Positions 50,006-61,323 of a stretch of 64,000 nucleotides of DNA are shown here, piece by piece; the stretch's first letter is position 1, and each line of letters starts with the position of its first letter. Position numbers and translations under genes: made by a program. The notes under the pieces were generated by a model. The model was given only the letters and a program-made list of their open reading frames with translations. It did not search any database and was not told where the DNA came from. The stretch lies in assembly GCF_026571515.1 (NCBI RefSeq), contig NW_026865136.1, forward strand, positions 124,001 through 188,000, in the 5' to 3' direction. Source of the DNA: Ruditapes philippinarum (Eukaryota).

Positions 50006-53000
50006 GTAAAATATTACATTCTATGTATTTAGTTCATCTGAGCACAAATGACTCAGATGTGACTTTTTCGTGATGGCAGTTGTGTCTGTCGTTTGTCGTA
50101 ATCCACAATTTCATTAAACAACATCTCATGTAAAAGTACCCGGTGGATCTTTACATGAATGATACTTAGACAATCTTTTAAAAGTATTTAAAAATTGTAG
50201 AATTGGTTTTAGTTTGATACATAAGAAGGTTGCAGAATTTATGAAATGCGGTCTATAAAAATCCCTCTTGTCCTGAACAACAATTCCTGGAGCTTAAATA
50301 CATGGCATGAAATATCTCTAGGGGGCCTCTACTAAAATTATTCAAATAGCCATTGCATGGGTGTAAATTAGTGCCTCAAAGGCTAACGTTTCGATATTTG
50401 GTATGATATTGAGTAATAAATCACTGACTTTCCTTAATAAACTATGACTTAAATTCCAATGACTGACTTCCATTAGCAACCCGTGATTTATATAGTAACC
50501 ATAGACTTTAAATTTTTGCAATAACAACCTGTGGCTTTTATATTTTATATGCTTACTATTCAGAGGCACTTTCTTTTCACCCAGATTTTGGACTAAAACC
50601 TGCCATTTTGTTCCTTGTCATAGGCACCCTTTATAGTGTGATATGCGATTAAAGGATAATCATGGTCCTGTTGTTTCCCTTTGGTCTTGTATATCGATCA
50701 TATGCCTGGCCCAGTGATATCTTTACGGCACACTAATTTTGTCTCTAAGATCCCACAAGGTAAGCAATTTCTTAAATGTTGGCATTTTTGACAGCCTGTT
50801 GTGTATCTATATTATAATGATATTGTGAAAATATTTTTACGTTAAATAAAACACATTTTATAACAATCTTTGAATGAACATTGCATCATAGAACTTAAAA
50901 GTTACATGCAGTTATAGCGGAAACTCCTCAGAGTGGTCCTTTGTAGAACAATTACATATTTAAAACGGTAATTATAGAGAAGGACTTCGTTATTATTTAA
51001 ACCGTTTTTGAACAGCACCTCTAGGCAGCACACACACTTTTTGTCTCTTACAAATGTTTATGCACTTTAGATGTTGTGCTTTAGCTATCTAAACACATGT
51101 TCGTTGCTTTGTTTAATCAGTTTGTTTTTTATGGCAGTGTATGTTACCTCGCTGGAAAACTGGTCCGAAAACTCAAAGAACGACAGCCAGACGAAAATAT
51201 AACAGACGTAGACATTTTATGCGTAGAAATCGCCGGAATCTGTCATGATTTAGGTAGGCAATGCCAGTTCAAGATACGTCGTTGAACGCCACTCTTGCTT
51301 GTTGATCCTGTTTTCAATATAATTTGACATATTAGAGTCGCTCTACAAGTCAGTTCCAACCGTACAAGTAAAGGCTACACGGACATGCGGAATGTGAATG
51401 ATTAACATGACTAGTGAATTACCCTTAGTTGTCGTGAATATCCCTCCAACATTCAAATAGGTTATGCGCTTGAAATGTCTTTTCTGCATTAACGATTGAC
51501 CAGTTCAATGAAGCCAGCCAAAAGAAAAAAGTGACACATTTTAAGCTAGCTGTAATATTAACGTGTCGGACTAAAAACGTTATTTCTGCACATCTTCCCA
51601 CCAAATACCTATTACATCCATGACGAAACCCACAAAACATAGAACATACAAATAATTACTTTTTACGCATTTGGCCATTAACTTTGACATTGTCTTTGGC
51701 ATGTCAATAAGAAAACCATTTGATGTTTGTTTCATAAAATCAATCCAGAAGTTTACAAGTCACAGAGGGAACACATCTGTTGACATTTAACTGTACTTTT
51801 GATTTTTAATATTTCATTTGGCATTGAACTTAAGTGATTGCAAATTCTGCAACTGCGATTTATGATATGAGCACCCGGCACAAGGATGATTTACACGTCT
51901 CAATAGTTTCAAAACATTAAGACCGAACACAATTCCTTGATAAATATTAAACGATAAGCTGTAAGACTGTTAACAAATTGACTTTGAAATCGTGGTTTGC
52001 CATCTTAAACGTATTTAAGTTTTGCTCCTTGTCTTAATGATGAATTTAAAATCAGTCTCATTAAACAGATACATGTTTTAAAGAGAACTACTGTAATGTT
52101 TTTACAATAACCTAATTAGGTAAGTCAATTAGTCTACTTTTGATCTCATTACTAAATCTTTATTATTGTTTCCATAAACTGACAGAAGCACCTACCCCTT
52201 CAAATGTATGCTTGTATGTACGGATGCATGGACCGTCGATCAGCTTCATAACATAATATAGCTTATGATGCCAATAGAAAGGATTTTTAAAAATTTGATA
52301 ATTTAATGATGAATCATCAAAGGTAAAATCATTTTCAGATTTTAACATTTGAAAGTAGTTTAGTAATTTTGGAAACATTTAGAGTGGTTTAATTATGAAT
52401 GTTTCCTCTAACTCTTATTTACCAGCATTTTTAAACAAATTTTTTAACGATTTCAGATTGTTGCAAATGATAGAAACGGTGTTGATGTTGATAAATGGGA
52501 TTATCTGGCACGTGACAGTCATATACTTGGATTGAATATGACGCTAGATTACGAGAGATGCTTTACTAGTGCTCGAGTTATTAAAAGCAATGGAGAAAAT
52601 GGGGGTAATGGAACAAATGGTGAACATGCTATTGTTCCTCGGAAGCAAATTTGCTATAGAGAAAAAGTAAATTCTTTATCATTAAAACATCATAAAAACA
52701 AAATAATGCATTGTTTAATCATATAAAACTGAAATGGGTGTACAAACATTAATTATGAAAACGACAATGTCACACGTACATGTCAAACTATTGCTTAACC
52801 TAGCCTTCATCAACACCGCTGTTGGTTCGAATTTCGTCAACGACGTTTAATTCGTTCATGTGAGGAACTTTTATAGACAGCTTAAGTAAAATCGGTGGCT
52901 TTGAATCCCGTTCCGGTCTGAAATAATGCACGAAGGTGAAAATGGGCTCCAGCAGTAAAATGAAAACCAAATGACCTAGTTTTTCCTTTCAAAACTTTAT

Positions 53001-56000
53001 AAGCGTATTCTTTCCACATTTTATCACTTATTTGATGACATTACCCTTCCTGTCACATTTTAAAATTTGGGACGCTGACGACCTTTAGCTACACATGACA
53101 TGGTGTCGATGTGTTTTAAACCTAAATTAATAAACTGTCGATTCATAAAGGTAAAATATCTTTCTACTCCGCTGGCCTCATGGTATTCTGTAAATGTTTT
53201 ATATCAAAACTGATGCATGCATATTATATTGTTTATATTTCAGGACGCTTTAGACTTATATGACATGTTTTACGCAAGACTGAACTTACACAGACGGGCT
53301 TATCAGCACAAGACGCATACAGTTATTGGTCTTATGTAAGCTTATAAAATCTGAACCATGACTTTACTTCTTGATAAATTTGCATTTTGATGTTTTCGAA
53401 AAACTTTCACATGCAAATGTTTACAATAGATAAATTACACTTTATTAGTGATAATATTAGTGGGTGATGCAAATGAGCTAAGTACAAAAGAATATAAATC
53501 TAGAAGTAATAGGTAACATTTCTCATTTCAGGATTTCCGATGCCTTGATAGCAGCAAATGATTCTATATTAATTGGAGGGAAAAAGTAAGCTAATATTAT
53601 ACCTATGATAGTTTCGAATCACTTATTTAGTCTAGATAAGAATATAAAGAAACCACATAAAGATAAATCACTAAGATGCACTAAATTTACTTTAAGTACA
53701 TTGTTATGGTAATCTTTACGTCCACCTAATAAAGTATAGTTGTGTATATTAACATGTCATATGAAATAATAGATTGTTCAACAAATGATATCTTTTTTTT
53801 GGAAGCAAATACACGTATACATTATATTCTTACTAGCGTTTTATTCCTTGCGGTCCGAAGACCGCAGGGTATTGGTACGCGTTTTACTTTTGAGGCATGG
53901 AGGAGCACGTGACCAGTTTTCGGTGCATGGAGGAGCATGTGATCTGTAAACCGTACACGATTGGTTAATTGACCTTTTCGATAACCTGGCTAAATACCGT
54001 TTGTCGTTACTTTACGGAATTACCTCGAAGGAATTAGTCAGATTTAAACCTAATTAAGAACAAAAACCTATTACGTGATATTTCTAATTTTCTATAATTA
54101 TTTTACCGTTTAAGGTGGAAAAACTTGAATGATTTATTTGAAAATTATCATTGTTTCTTTAATATATGTATCTCAAATTTTACAAACAATAAATTGTTTA
54201 TAATGAAAATCTACAAAATTAAAATATTCTTAGTGGCATCTGCCATAATAAATAGAGATATTTTCTGCGTAAACTTGTGTGTTTACTTTATTTTTTTTTT
54301 GCTTTTAATTATTCATAATATGGTAGGCCTATTTAATCATTTTCTTAAAAAGAAATAATTGTTTTATGTTCGACCTTCTCCGGTCATCAACGGTCACCAG
54401 TTTTGAAAGACCTTCTATATTGATCGATTATTGTCAACTATATTCCCGATATAAACGTTTATTTATTCCCCTCTGCCAAAACGGTGTTGAAAATAGTTAA
54501 ATGAAATATCTTTATATATGAAAAATGTTCCCCGCAGGAAACCATTTTTACTTGTTACTCAGTTAGTTTGCTATCGTTGATTTAGAATTACAGAGACAGT
54601 GGACGACATGAAGGCATTCACACTTTTGACAGACGATGTCCTCCAGTTGATTATCCATAAAAAGAAGGAAGAAGACTCAAGAGGCAAAGACAACCCACAA
54701 CTTGACAGAGCATATCAACTGATACAAGATATCATGAACAGAAGACTGTATAAATGTGTTTCCCAAACACATTGTAAGGTAAACAAGTATATGTTTACTA
54801 AAGGTATGCATTTTTGTTCAGCTATGTAATGCTAGCGTATTTATTATATGCTGTTACGTGCTATTGCTCACCTTTATGATGAATATTACAAGTATGTTGA
54901 AAAAAAGCTATCCGTTTTTCGTTTAAAGGTAAGCTAACATGGCATTTGTATTTTCGGTTTAACGAAATAAACTGGCACTTGCTTGATAATTAGCCCCGTT
55001 ATAATTCTACAGGTTACCCTTTTTTCTACAAAATATTGCCTTTACTTCAAGCAATAAATGGCCTTATCGATTGTTTTGTGGGCCCTTTGGCTGAACAAAA
55101 ATTAGTGAAAGTGATTATTCTGGAAAGAAATGGCGTGGACCAAAGACATAAAAATTTGTACCTAAGTTACTGGTCCATACACACATAATTGATAAATAAA
55201 ACTTGACAAAACCTTTCCAAGCTCTTCATGCCAAAAACACCTCCTTGGAGTTTCTTTTAAAAATGTAGTACGAATTCTTCTATCCCCTTTTATGAATATA
55301 AGCTTCATCGACACAACAAGTACCATTCCCATGTATGTACAGCGGTTACCTTTACAGTTTCTTTTGTCGATTATAGGATAAAAATCTAACAAAAGCAGAC
55401 GTATTAGATGGACTGAAAAAATGTTTGAAAGACAAAAGTGTTCCAGAAAATTTTATAATCGTTAACGTAAGTAAGGACAAAAATAATATAATATCTATTT
55501 AAAAATTCAGATCTGTAGGGAAAAAATATTACTGAAACAATATCCAAAGGTTATTTTATATATTTTTCAGTAAAAGAAAAATTAATATCAAGAAAAGGTT
55601 CTTGTCATTACAGTTATAATGACAATGTCATTTTTAAAGATATACCGCTATGTTTTAAGGACGACATTTAATTGTGTTATAGTCTATCTTATCAGATTTG
55701 TTTGGTTACCATACCTGACAGTCCGTACAGTCAAAAGGCGGTTAAAATACTAGACACAATAAGTTTCTATTAAACATTATTTTTAAATTTGTAAAACAAT
55801 TAATATAGCAAAAAATGTAATGAAGTACCGCATGTTCGCCTAAGACGGGCACAATGTAAAGACTCTTACAGATATAATTTGATCAAAACGCATTTCTAGG
55901 CGGTATAGTGTGTAATTATGTTTTTATAAACTAATGAAATCCATTTATTCATATTTACAAACACGATCAGCTTCATCAATATATAATGCTGCAAATCTTA

Positions 56001-57740
56001 AACGCATCGCTTCAATGTTTTAGATTGTGAAATTTAACTACGGTATGAAAAATAGAAATCCTTTGGATAAAGTACGATTTTACAAGAAAGACAAATTGGA
56101 TACAGCTTTCAAATTAAAAAAGGAACAGGTACTTTAAAAGTTTCTTGACTTGTATATCATTATGCATAAATTAACCGACTAAATAACTTAAACTGTAAAT
56201 TCTTAAACTAGTTATCAAGTTATGATATTCATAAGTTGTTTTGACTGAGATTGTTTTCATTCAGTTGATTATGATATCTGAAAGTGAGTCACACCAGTAA
56301 CCCTTGTTCGTCTTCTTTAAAAGGCTCGTTTGTGTATGAAACCTTCTTCTCTAATGTCTTCTAATAAGATCTTTTCCCAGATGCATTCCTATCGCCACGT
56401 AGTAAACATTAATGATTGAAAGAGAACATCGGAATGTAAAGTACATGTATTACAAACAGTGTTGAGTATTTGTGAATATATTTAACAGGTTTCGTATGTT
56501 CTTCCCGACACTTTTGAGGAGAGTATTATACGTATCTATTGTAATATGCAGAACGACTCTGAAAAAGAAATCGTGTCTAAAGTGACTGAAGCGTTTGGAG
56601 AGTGGTGTAAGGACAATCAATGTACCGATCCAGAGGTAATTTATGCCCTACAATGAATGGAATCAAAGACATACATTTAATGATGGCACATAGCATTAAC
56701 ATACAAGGTCATGTACATCCTCTCCGCGAGAAGCAAAAATTCATTTTTGTCCAAATCATATTTGAATAAACATACAATGTATCCACCTTTCAAAGTGTTT
56801 TTTTGCAGAATGTCTTAATAAAAGTTTAACACTATTTAATTTTGTAGATAAAATACAGAAAATAAAAGGACAAATATGCCTTAAAAATGCTTTTAACTTT
56901 ATAACTCAAATGTTTTATTGTTTTTTGTTGTTTTTTGTGTGTATGTGTACTCTTATCGTTTCCAAAATAGTTAAAAATACCCATTGGCCATTTAGCTGAA
57001 TCATCTTTTTGTCAATGAATACATGTAAAGTGACTTAGTATTTTGTAATTCAAAATACTACTTTCTTCAGGTAACATGCATTTTACATGATTTACAACAA
57101 TTATTCAAGTGGATTATTCAAACAAATACATTTAATTGTGTCATCAGTCATCAAATTATGGATGTGTTATCTTTTGTTATCTCTTTCGCTTGCCCGATAG
57201 CCTGAATAAGTTAAATCAATATATAAATATTTTATTTTGCCTTTGAAAATCTGCCAGTCTTATTGATATTATTACATTATCGTACATTTTCTTCGCATCA
57301 AAACGTCTTTTAAAGTAATCCGTTACACGACTGTAACTACTAATGAAAATAGATTGCAAGAGAATATTTTGATAGAGTGAAATAAATATTTGATAGTTTG
57401 CATTTTTTTATTCTTAATTCGGCAAACAATACGACATATGAGGTAAAATAAAAATAAATGACGATATTGTAACAAAATTTGAAAGTTTTAATGCTAGAAA
57501 TGAATTTGACAAAGAATAGATAATAAAACGAAATGTTACACTTTGTAGGGCAAATATCATCAAACAAGACCGAAAACAAAAGCGTCAAACGAACCGATAG
57601 GCTCAAACACACAGGGACATTCAGATGAACCTGTACCTAAACCCTTACCCGAACCTGCATCAGGTCAATCAAGTCTAGTGCAGCCAATAGTTTATGACGG
57701 AGAAGGGATAGATGTACGATCACAAACAACAGACCAGTAA
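49845..57740 (+). CDS. SAMHD1: SAMHD1-like paralog B (multi-exon; three internal exons absent; possible pseudogene or pseudoenzyme)
   Basis: Exons 49845-50005, 51138-51253, 52457-52666, 53244-53335, 53532-53585, 54586-54778, 55377-55466, 56024-56128, 56489-56635, 57549-57740. All are open with GT-AG ends and share intron positions with A. Confidence 0.92.
50028..50680 (+). mobile_element. Degenerate HINE-like element in an intron of B
   Basis: tttagttcatctgagcaca..tcagatgtgactttt hairpin head, gtctgtcgt microsatellite, catggtcctgttgtt end. Confidence 0.55.
51138..51253 (+). CDS. SAMHD1: SAMHD1-like B exon with HD motif (VCYLAG...IAGICHDLG)
   Basis: cag|T GTA...TTA G|gtaggc, 116 nt. Confidence 0.94.
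52457..52666 (+). CDS. SAMHD1: SAMHD1-like B exon [22 protein letters not shown]...QICYREK
   Basis: cag|ATT...AAA|gtaaat, 210 nt. Confidence 0.94.
52800..52985 (+). mobile_element. Degenerate SINE
   Basis: ggttcgaat B box, catgtgaggaa..cagctta..cggtgg..gaaataatgcacgaagg core. Confidence 0.6.
53244..53335 (+). CDS. SAMHD1: SAMHD1-like B exon [30 protein letters not shown](M)
   Basis: cag|GAC...AT|gtaagc, 92 nt. Confidence 0.94.
53532..53585 (+). CDS. SAMHD1: SAMHD1-like B exon [17 protein letters not shown](K)
   Basis: cag|G ATT...AA|gtaagc, 54 nt. Confidence 0.9.
53839..54556 (+). mobile_element. HINE/DINE-like element
   Basis: 5' ttattccttgcggtc-cgaa-gaccgcaggg hairpin and 3' ccccgcaggaaaccatttttacttgtt. 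Confidence 0.6.
54586..54778 (+). CDS. SAMHD1: SAMHD1-like B exon [17 protein letters not shown]...[15 protein letters not shown]
   Basis: tag|A ATT...AAG|gtaaac, 193 nt. Confidence 0.93.
55377..55466 (+). CDS. SAMHD1: SAMHD1-like B exon [30 protein letters not shown]
   Basis: tag|GAT...AAC|gtaagt, 90 nt. Confidence 0.87.
56024..56128 (+). CDS. SAMHD1: SAMHD1-like B exon [35 protein letters not shown]
   Basis: tag|ATT...CAG|gtactt, 105 nt; YGM..NP...V.FY.K motif. Confidence 0.93.
56489..56635 (+). CDS. SAMHD1: SAMHD1-like B exon [18 protein letters not shown]...[14 protein letters not shown]
   Basis: cag|GTT...GAG|gtaatt, 147 nt. Confidence 0.93.
57549..57740 (+). CDS. Probable terminal exon of paralog B (GKYHQTRPK...KPLPEPA...TTDQ*)
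   Basis: tgtag|GGC in phase 0, 64 codons ending TAA; disordered composition; PEPA shared with the A tail. Confidence 0.72.
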   Translation, partial: GKYHQTRPKTKASNEPIGSNTQGHSDEPVPKPLPEPASGQSSLVQPIVYDGEGIDVRSQTTDQ

Positions 57741-58495
57741 GATACTGATACATGTCAAAGTTTGATGGATAAACCCTCAACAGCTTTTATACAATTTCCG
57801 GTATTTGATATAGAAACGTTCGTTTGTACGATATTTCATTGTAGTATATATTCATCATCTATACTATCTAAGATACAATGGAATACATTATCATTTCAAA
57901 CATTATTTTCTAATCATGATTTGTAAAACAATTTGTAGCCTCATAACACTTGAGTCTATGACGTTTTCTTATTGTAATGATAAAGACACAAACACAAAAA
58001 GTAAATGGTTCGTAAAAAAGTGATCAGTTGACAAAATTTAGTTTCATTTATTATCTATCTCTCTTAAAAGCAGTAAAAATGTTTTTTGTTTCGTTTTGAT
58101 ATTTTTGTTGATGTTGTTGTTCTTTTTTATTATACACGTATATTCTGGCATTTTATTCACTTATATATAAATTAGAATATAAATTGAGTGTTCATGCACT
58201 TTTTCATGCATTAAAATCCGCAGAAAATCGAAAAATTTAGTAAATTCGAGGGCTTCCGAAGATGTAAATGCGTAAAAAAAGACGAATTAACCTGCGTTTT
58301 AACCGTTGTTTTGTCGGTTTCGTTTTATTTTAGTTTAAGATTTCATCATGCTTTCCATTTTCAATTACCATGTTATTTGGCAGTTATGTTTTGATACTTT
58401 TTTACACTACCGGGACAGCTTGTGAAAGTAACAATATGCCTATCCAAATGTTTATAGTTAGTGAACAGGTGAAAGTCAAATTAAGTTTAACTTTT

Positions 58496-61323
58496 AGTTT
58501 AAACATATTTATTTCCCGAATATTTACATGATATACATAATACAATACAATCAGAATACAAATATATAATATATTCAAAGAAAAGGATGAGAACGAAAGA
58601 CTAAGTCTTATAAAATTCTTCTCCTTTTAGTGTAACTTTATAATGAGTCGATTTTATAATATTTTGTACAATTATCAAAAAAGTGGAATGTAAATATTTG
58701 TGACGAAGTAAACGTTATATTTATAAGTAATCTTTAGGATAACAATTAGAAATTATAATAACGAAAAAAGAAGAGAGGAAAGCAAATAATACAATAGGAA
58801 GAAAAAAGAAAGAAAGAGAAAAGAAAGATTGCTTCACTGATTCACTTTAAGTTCAGAGAAATCGCTTTGATTCTGAGATAAAAGTATGAACATGTTTAAA
58901 GATATTGGCATTATCAGTATCTGAGATGTCCGGGTTGCGAAAAAGTAGGGTGTTGAGGGTAATATCGAAATTATTTAGATTTCCCAATAATTTTTCTCTA
59001 CATGTACGAAAGCGATTGCATTCAAAGAAGTAATGAAAGTTAGTTTTCATTTGACCACACTCACATAATGGCGATGGTGATATATTTTTAAGAAACAAAT
59101 GATAATTTAGGGAGCTACATTTTGTGCGTAACCTGGTGTGAAGAATTTGAAGTTTTCTTTCACCAAAATAAAAGTATTTTGATGTAGTTTTCTTATCACG
59201 TGATAGATATTTTTTAAACATTGAAAGGGTTGGTAAATTCCTTATGTTAAGGGGCAAGTTGTTCCATTCACGAAATGAAGATGGGAAAAAAGAATTAAAG
59301 TATAAAGATGTCCTTGCTGAAATACCAATAGTGTCGTTTGAATTTCTAAGGTTGTAACGAGTGTTTGTTTGATACGGTATTGGTTCTGACAAGTATTCTG
59401 GTGCAATGCCATGTTTGATTTTATAGAATAATGTTAATCTATGTTTATAACGTCTTTTTTCTAATATTTCCCAATTAACTTCATTATTTAAGTTTTCAAT
59501 TGAAACTAGTCTTGTTGCACCATACACTATTCTAGCACATTCATTTTGTATTTTATCTAAGAGGTCAAGTTCATACTGAATTGCCATACCACATCCGCAT
59601 ATTCGAGGATTGGTCGGATAAACGATATATAAATAATTTCAAGAGATTTACGGTCTAACATGAATTTCAGTTTTCTCATTATGTTCACCCGTTTCCATGC
59701 TTTTTCATTAATATATTCTATATGTGAATGCCACAGGCAATTGTGAGACAAAATAATCCTAAGTGTTTATGATCTTTTACTTCAGGTATAGTTTGATTAA
59801 GCATTTGAAGTGGTTGGTGATATGAATTTCTTTTTCTAGAGACAATAAGGGATTCTGATTTAGACGGATTGAAAGTTACAAGCCATTTTTCTGCGCATGA
59901 AGCTATTATTTCAATATCTGATTGTAATTGTTGTGCTGCAGTTTGTGGGTTTTCAATAACAAGATAGAGACTGGTATCATCAGCAAAAAGATTAACATTG
60001 GATTGAAGATCTTGGACTATGTCATTTATGTAGATGAGAAAAAGTAAAGGACCAAGGATCGAACCTTGTGGAACACCAGCTGAGAGAACACCCCAAGAAG
60101 ATTTGGCATTTCTTAGAACAACACACTGGCGTCTGCAGCTTAAATAATCCTGAAACCATTCAAAGATTTTTCCAGATACACCATAATATTTTAATTTACA
60201 GAGAATGCCTTTGTGCCAGACTTTATCGAATGCCTTGCTTATGTCGAAGAATATAACTCGAGCTTCGAGACCGTCATCAAGTGCTTTGCAAAGTATGTCA
60301 TAAATATAAACAAGTTGATTTACAGTTGAATCCCCGGGTATAAACCCAGATTGCACAGGCGTAAGAATTCTATTCGCGTTCAAATGATTAAATAAATGCT
60401 TAAAGATCAGTCGTTCAAAAACTTTTTCCATAGTGTTGAGCAGTGAAATTGGTCTATAATTAGAAGGGAGAGATGCATCACCTTTTTTTAAGATAGCAGT
60501 AACATGGGCTTCCTTCCAAGAGGCTGGTACTTTACAGCAAGATAGAGACTGATTAAACAGATTAGTTAAAGGAATAGAGAGTTCTTTTCCGGCTTCACGC
60601 AAAATTTTATTACTAATACCATCTGGTCCAGATGCTTTGTCGACTTTAAGAGATTTAAGAATATCTTCAGTTTCAGATGCAGTTAGTAAAAGATCGTTAA
60701 TAACAGTGGACGTTGTTTGTGGACCTAGGTCAGGAACATTTGAGTCAGAATTATCAATATAGGTTTGATGTAAGAAATACTCGTTCAATAGGTTTGCCTT
60801 TTGGTCTTCAGAGAATACAATTTCCTGGGTGTTTTGATTTTGTAATGGGGGAATTGACGTTGTCTGTGTAGGTGAGATAAAAGATTTTAATATTTTCCAC
60901 CAGTCTTATGAAGATAACGATTCCTGTTTTAGTTTGTCCGATAATTTAGAGTAATAAATAGCTTTCGCCTCTTTAATCTGAGATACTATTTGATTTCTTA
61001 ATTGTTTAAATTTCACCCAGTGCATATTGGATTGAGTCAATTTAGCTTTTCTGTACAATCGTTTACGTCTACGAATATTTGACCTGATAGTATTTGTTAT
61101 CCATGGGGCATCTAGAGGTCTTACATATATATTCTTATTTGGTATATTATATTTAGAGATTATTAAAATTTGATTTGAAACGTTGTCTGCGTATTTACTG
61201 ATATTGAAATCGAAACATTCTTCCCATTGGAAACTGTTAAAATCGTTTCGAAGTTTGACGTAATCACCACGATTGTATTCCCATATAGTGCGTTGAAAGC
61301 ATTGTTGTTTTGGTTTGCTTAAA
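58496..61323 (-). mobile_element. 5'-truncated LINE (CR1/L2-type) with reverse transcriptase ORF2, lightly frameshifted
   Basis: KASGPDGI, NYRPISLL, DISKAFD, GVPQGSILGPLLFLIYINDI, LFADDT, C-terminal CECG..HYFFEC; 3' end aataaatatgtttaaact; flanking 13-bp direct repeat aagtttaactttt (58483-58495 / 61324-61336). Confidence 0.95.

Noticed and set aside
52225-52255. MHGPS as the missing GHGPFSH exon of paralog B
   Set aside because: Only HGP matches, no adjacent acceptor in the right place, and a stop follows within a few codons
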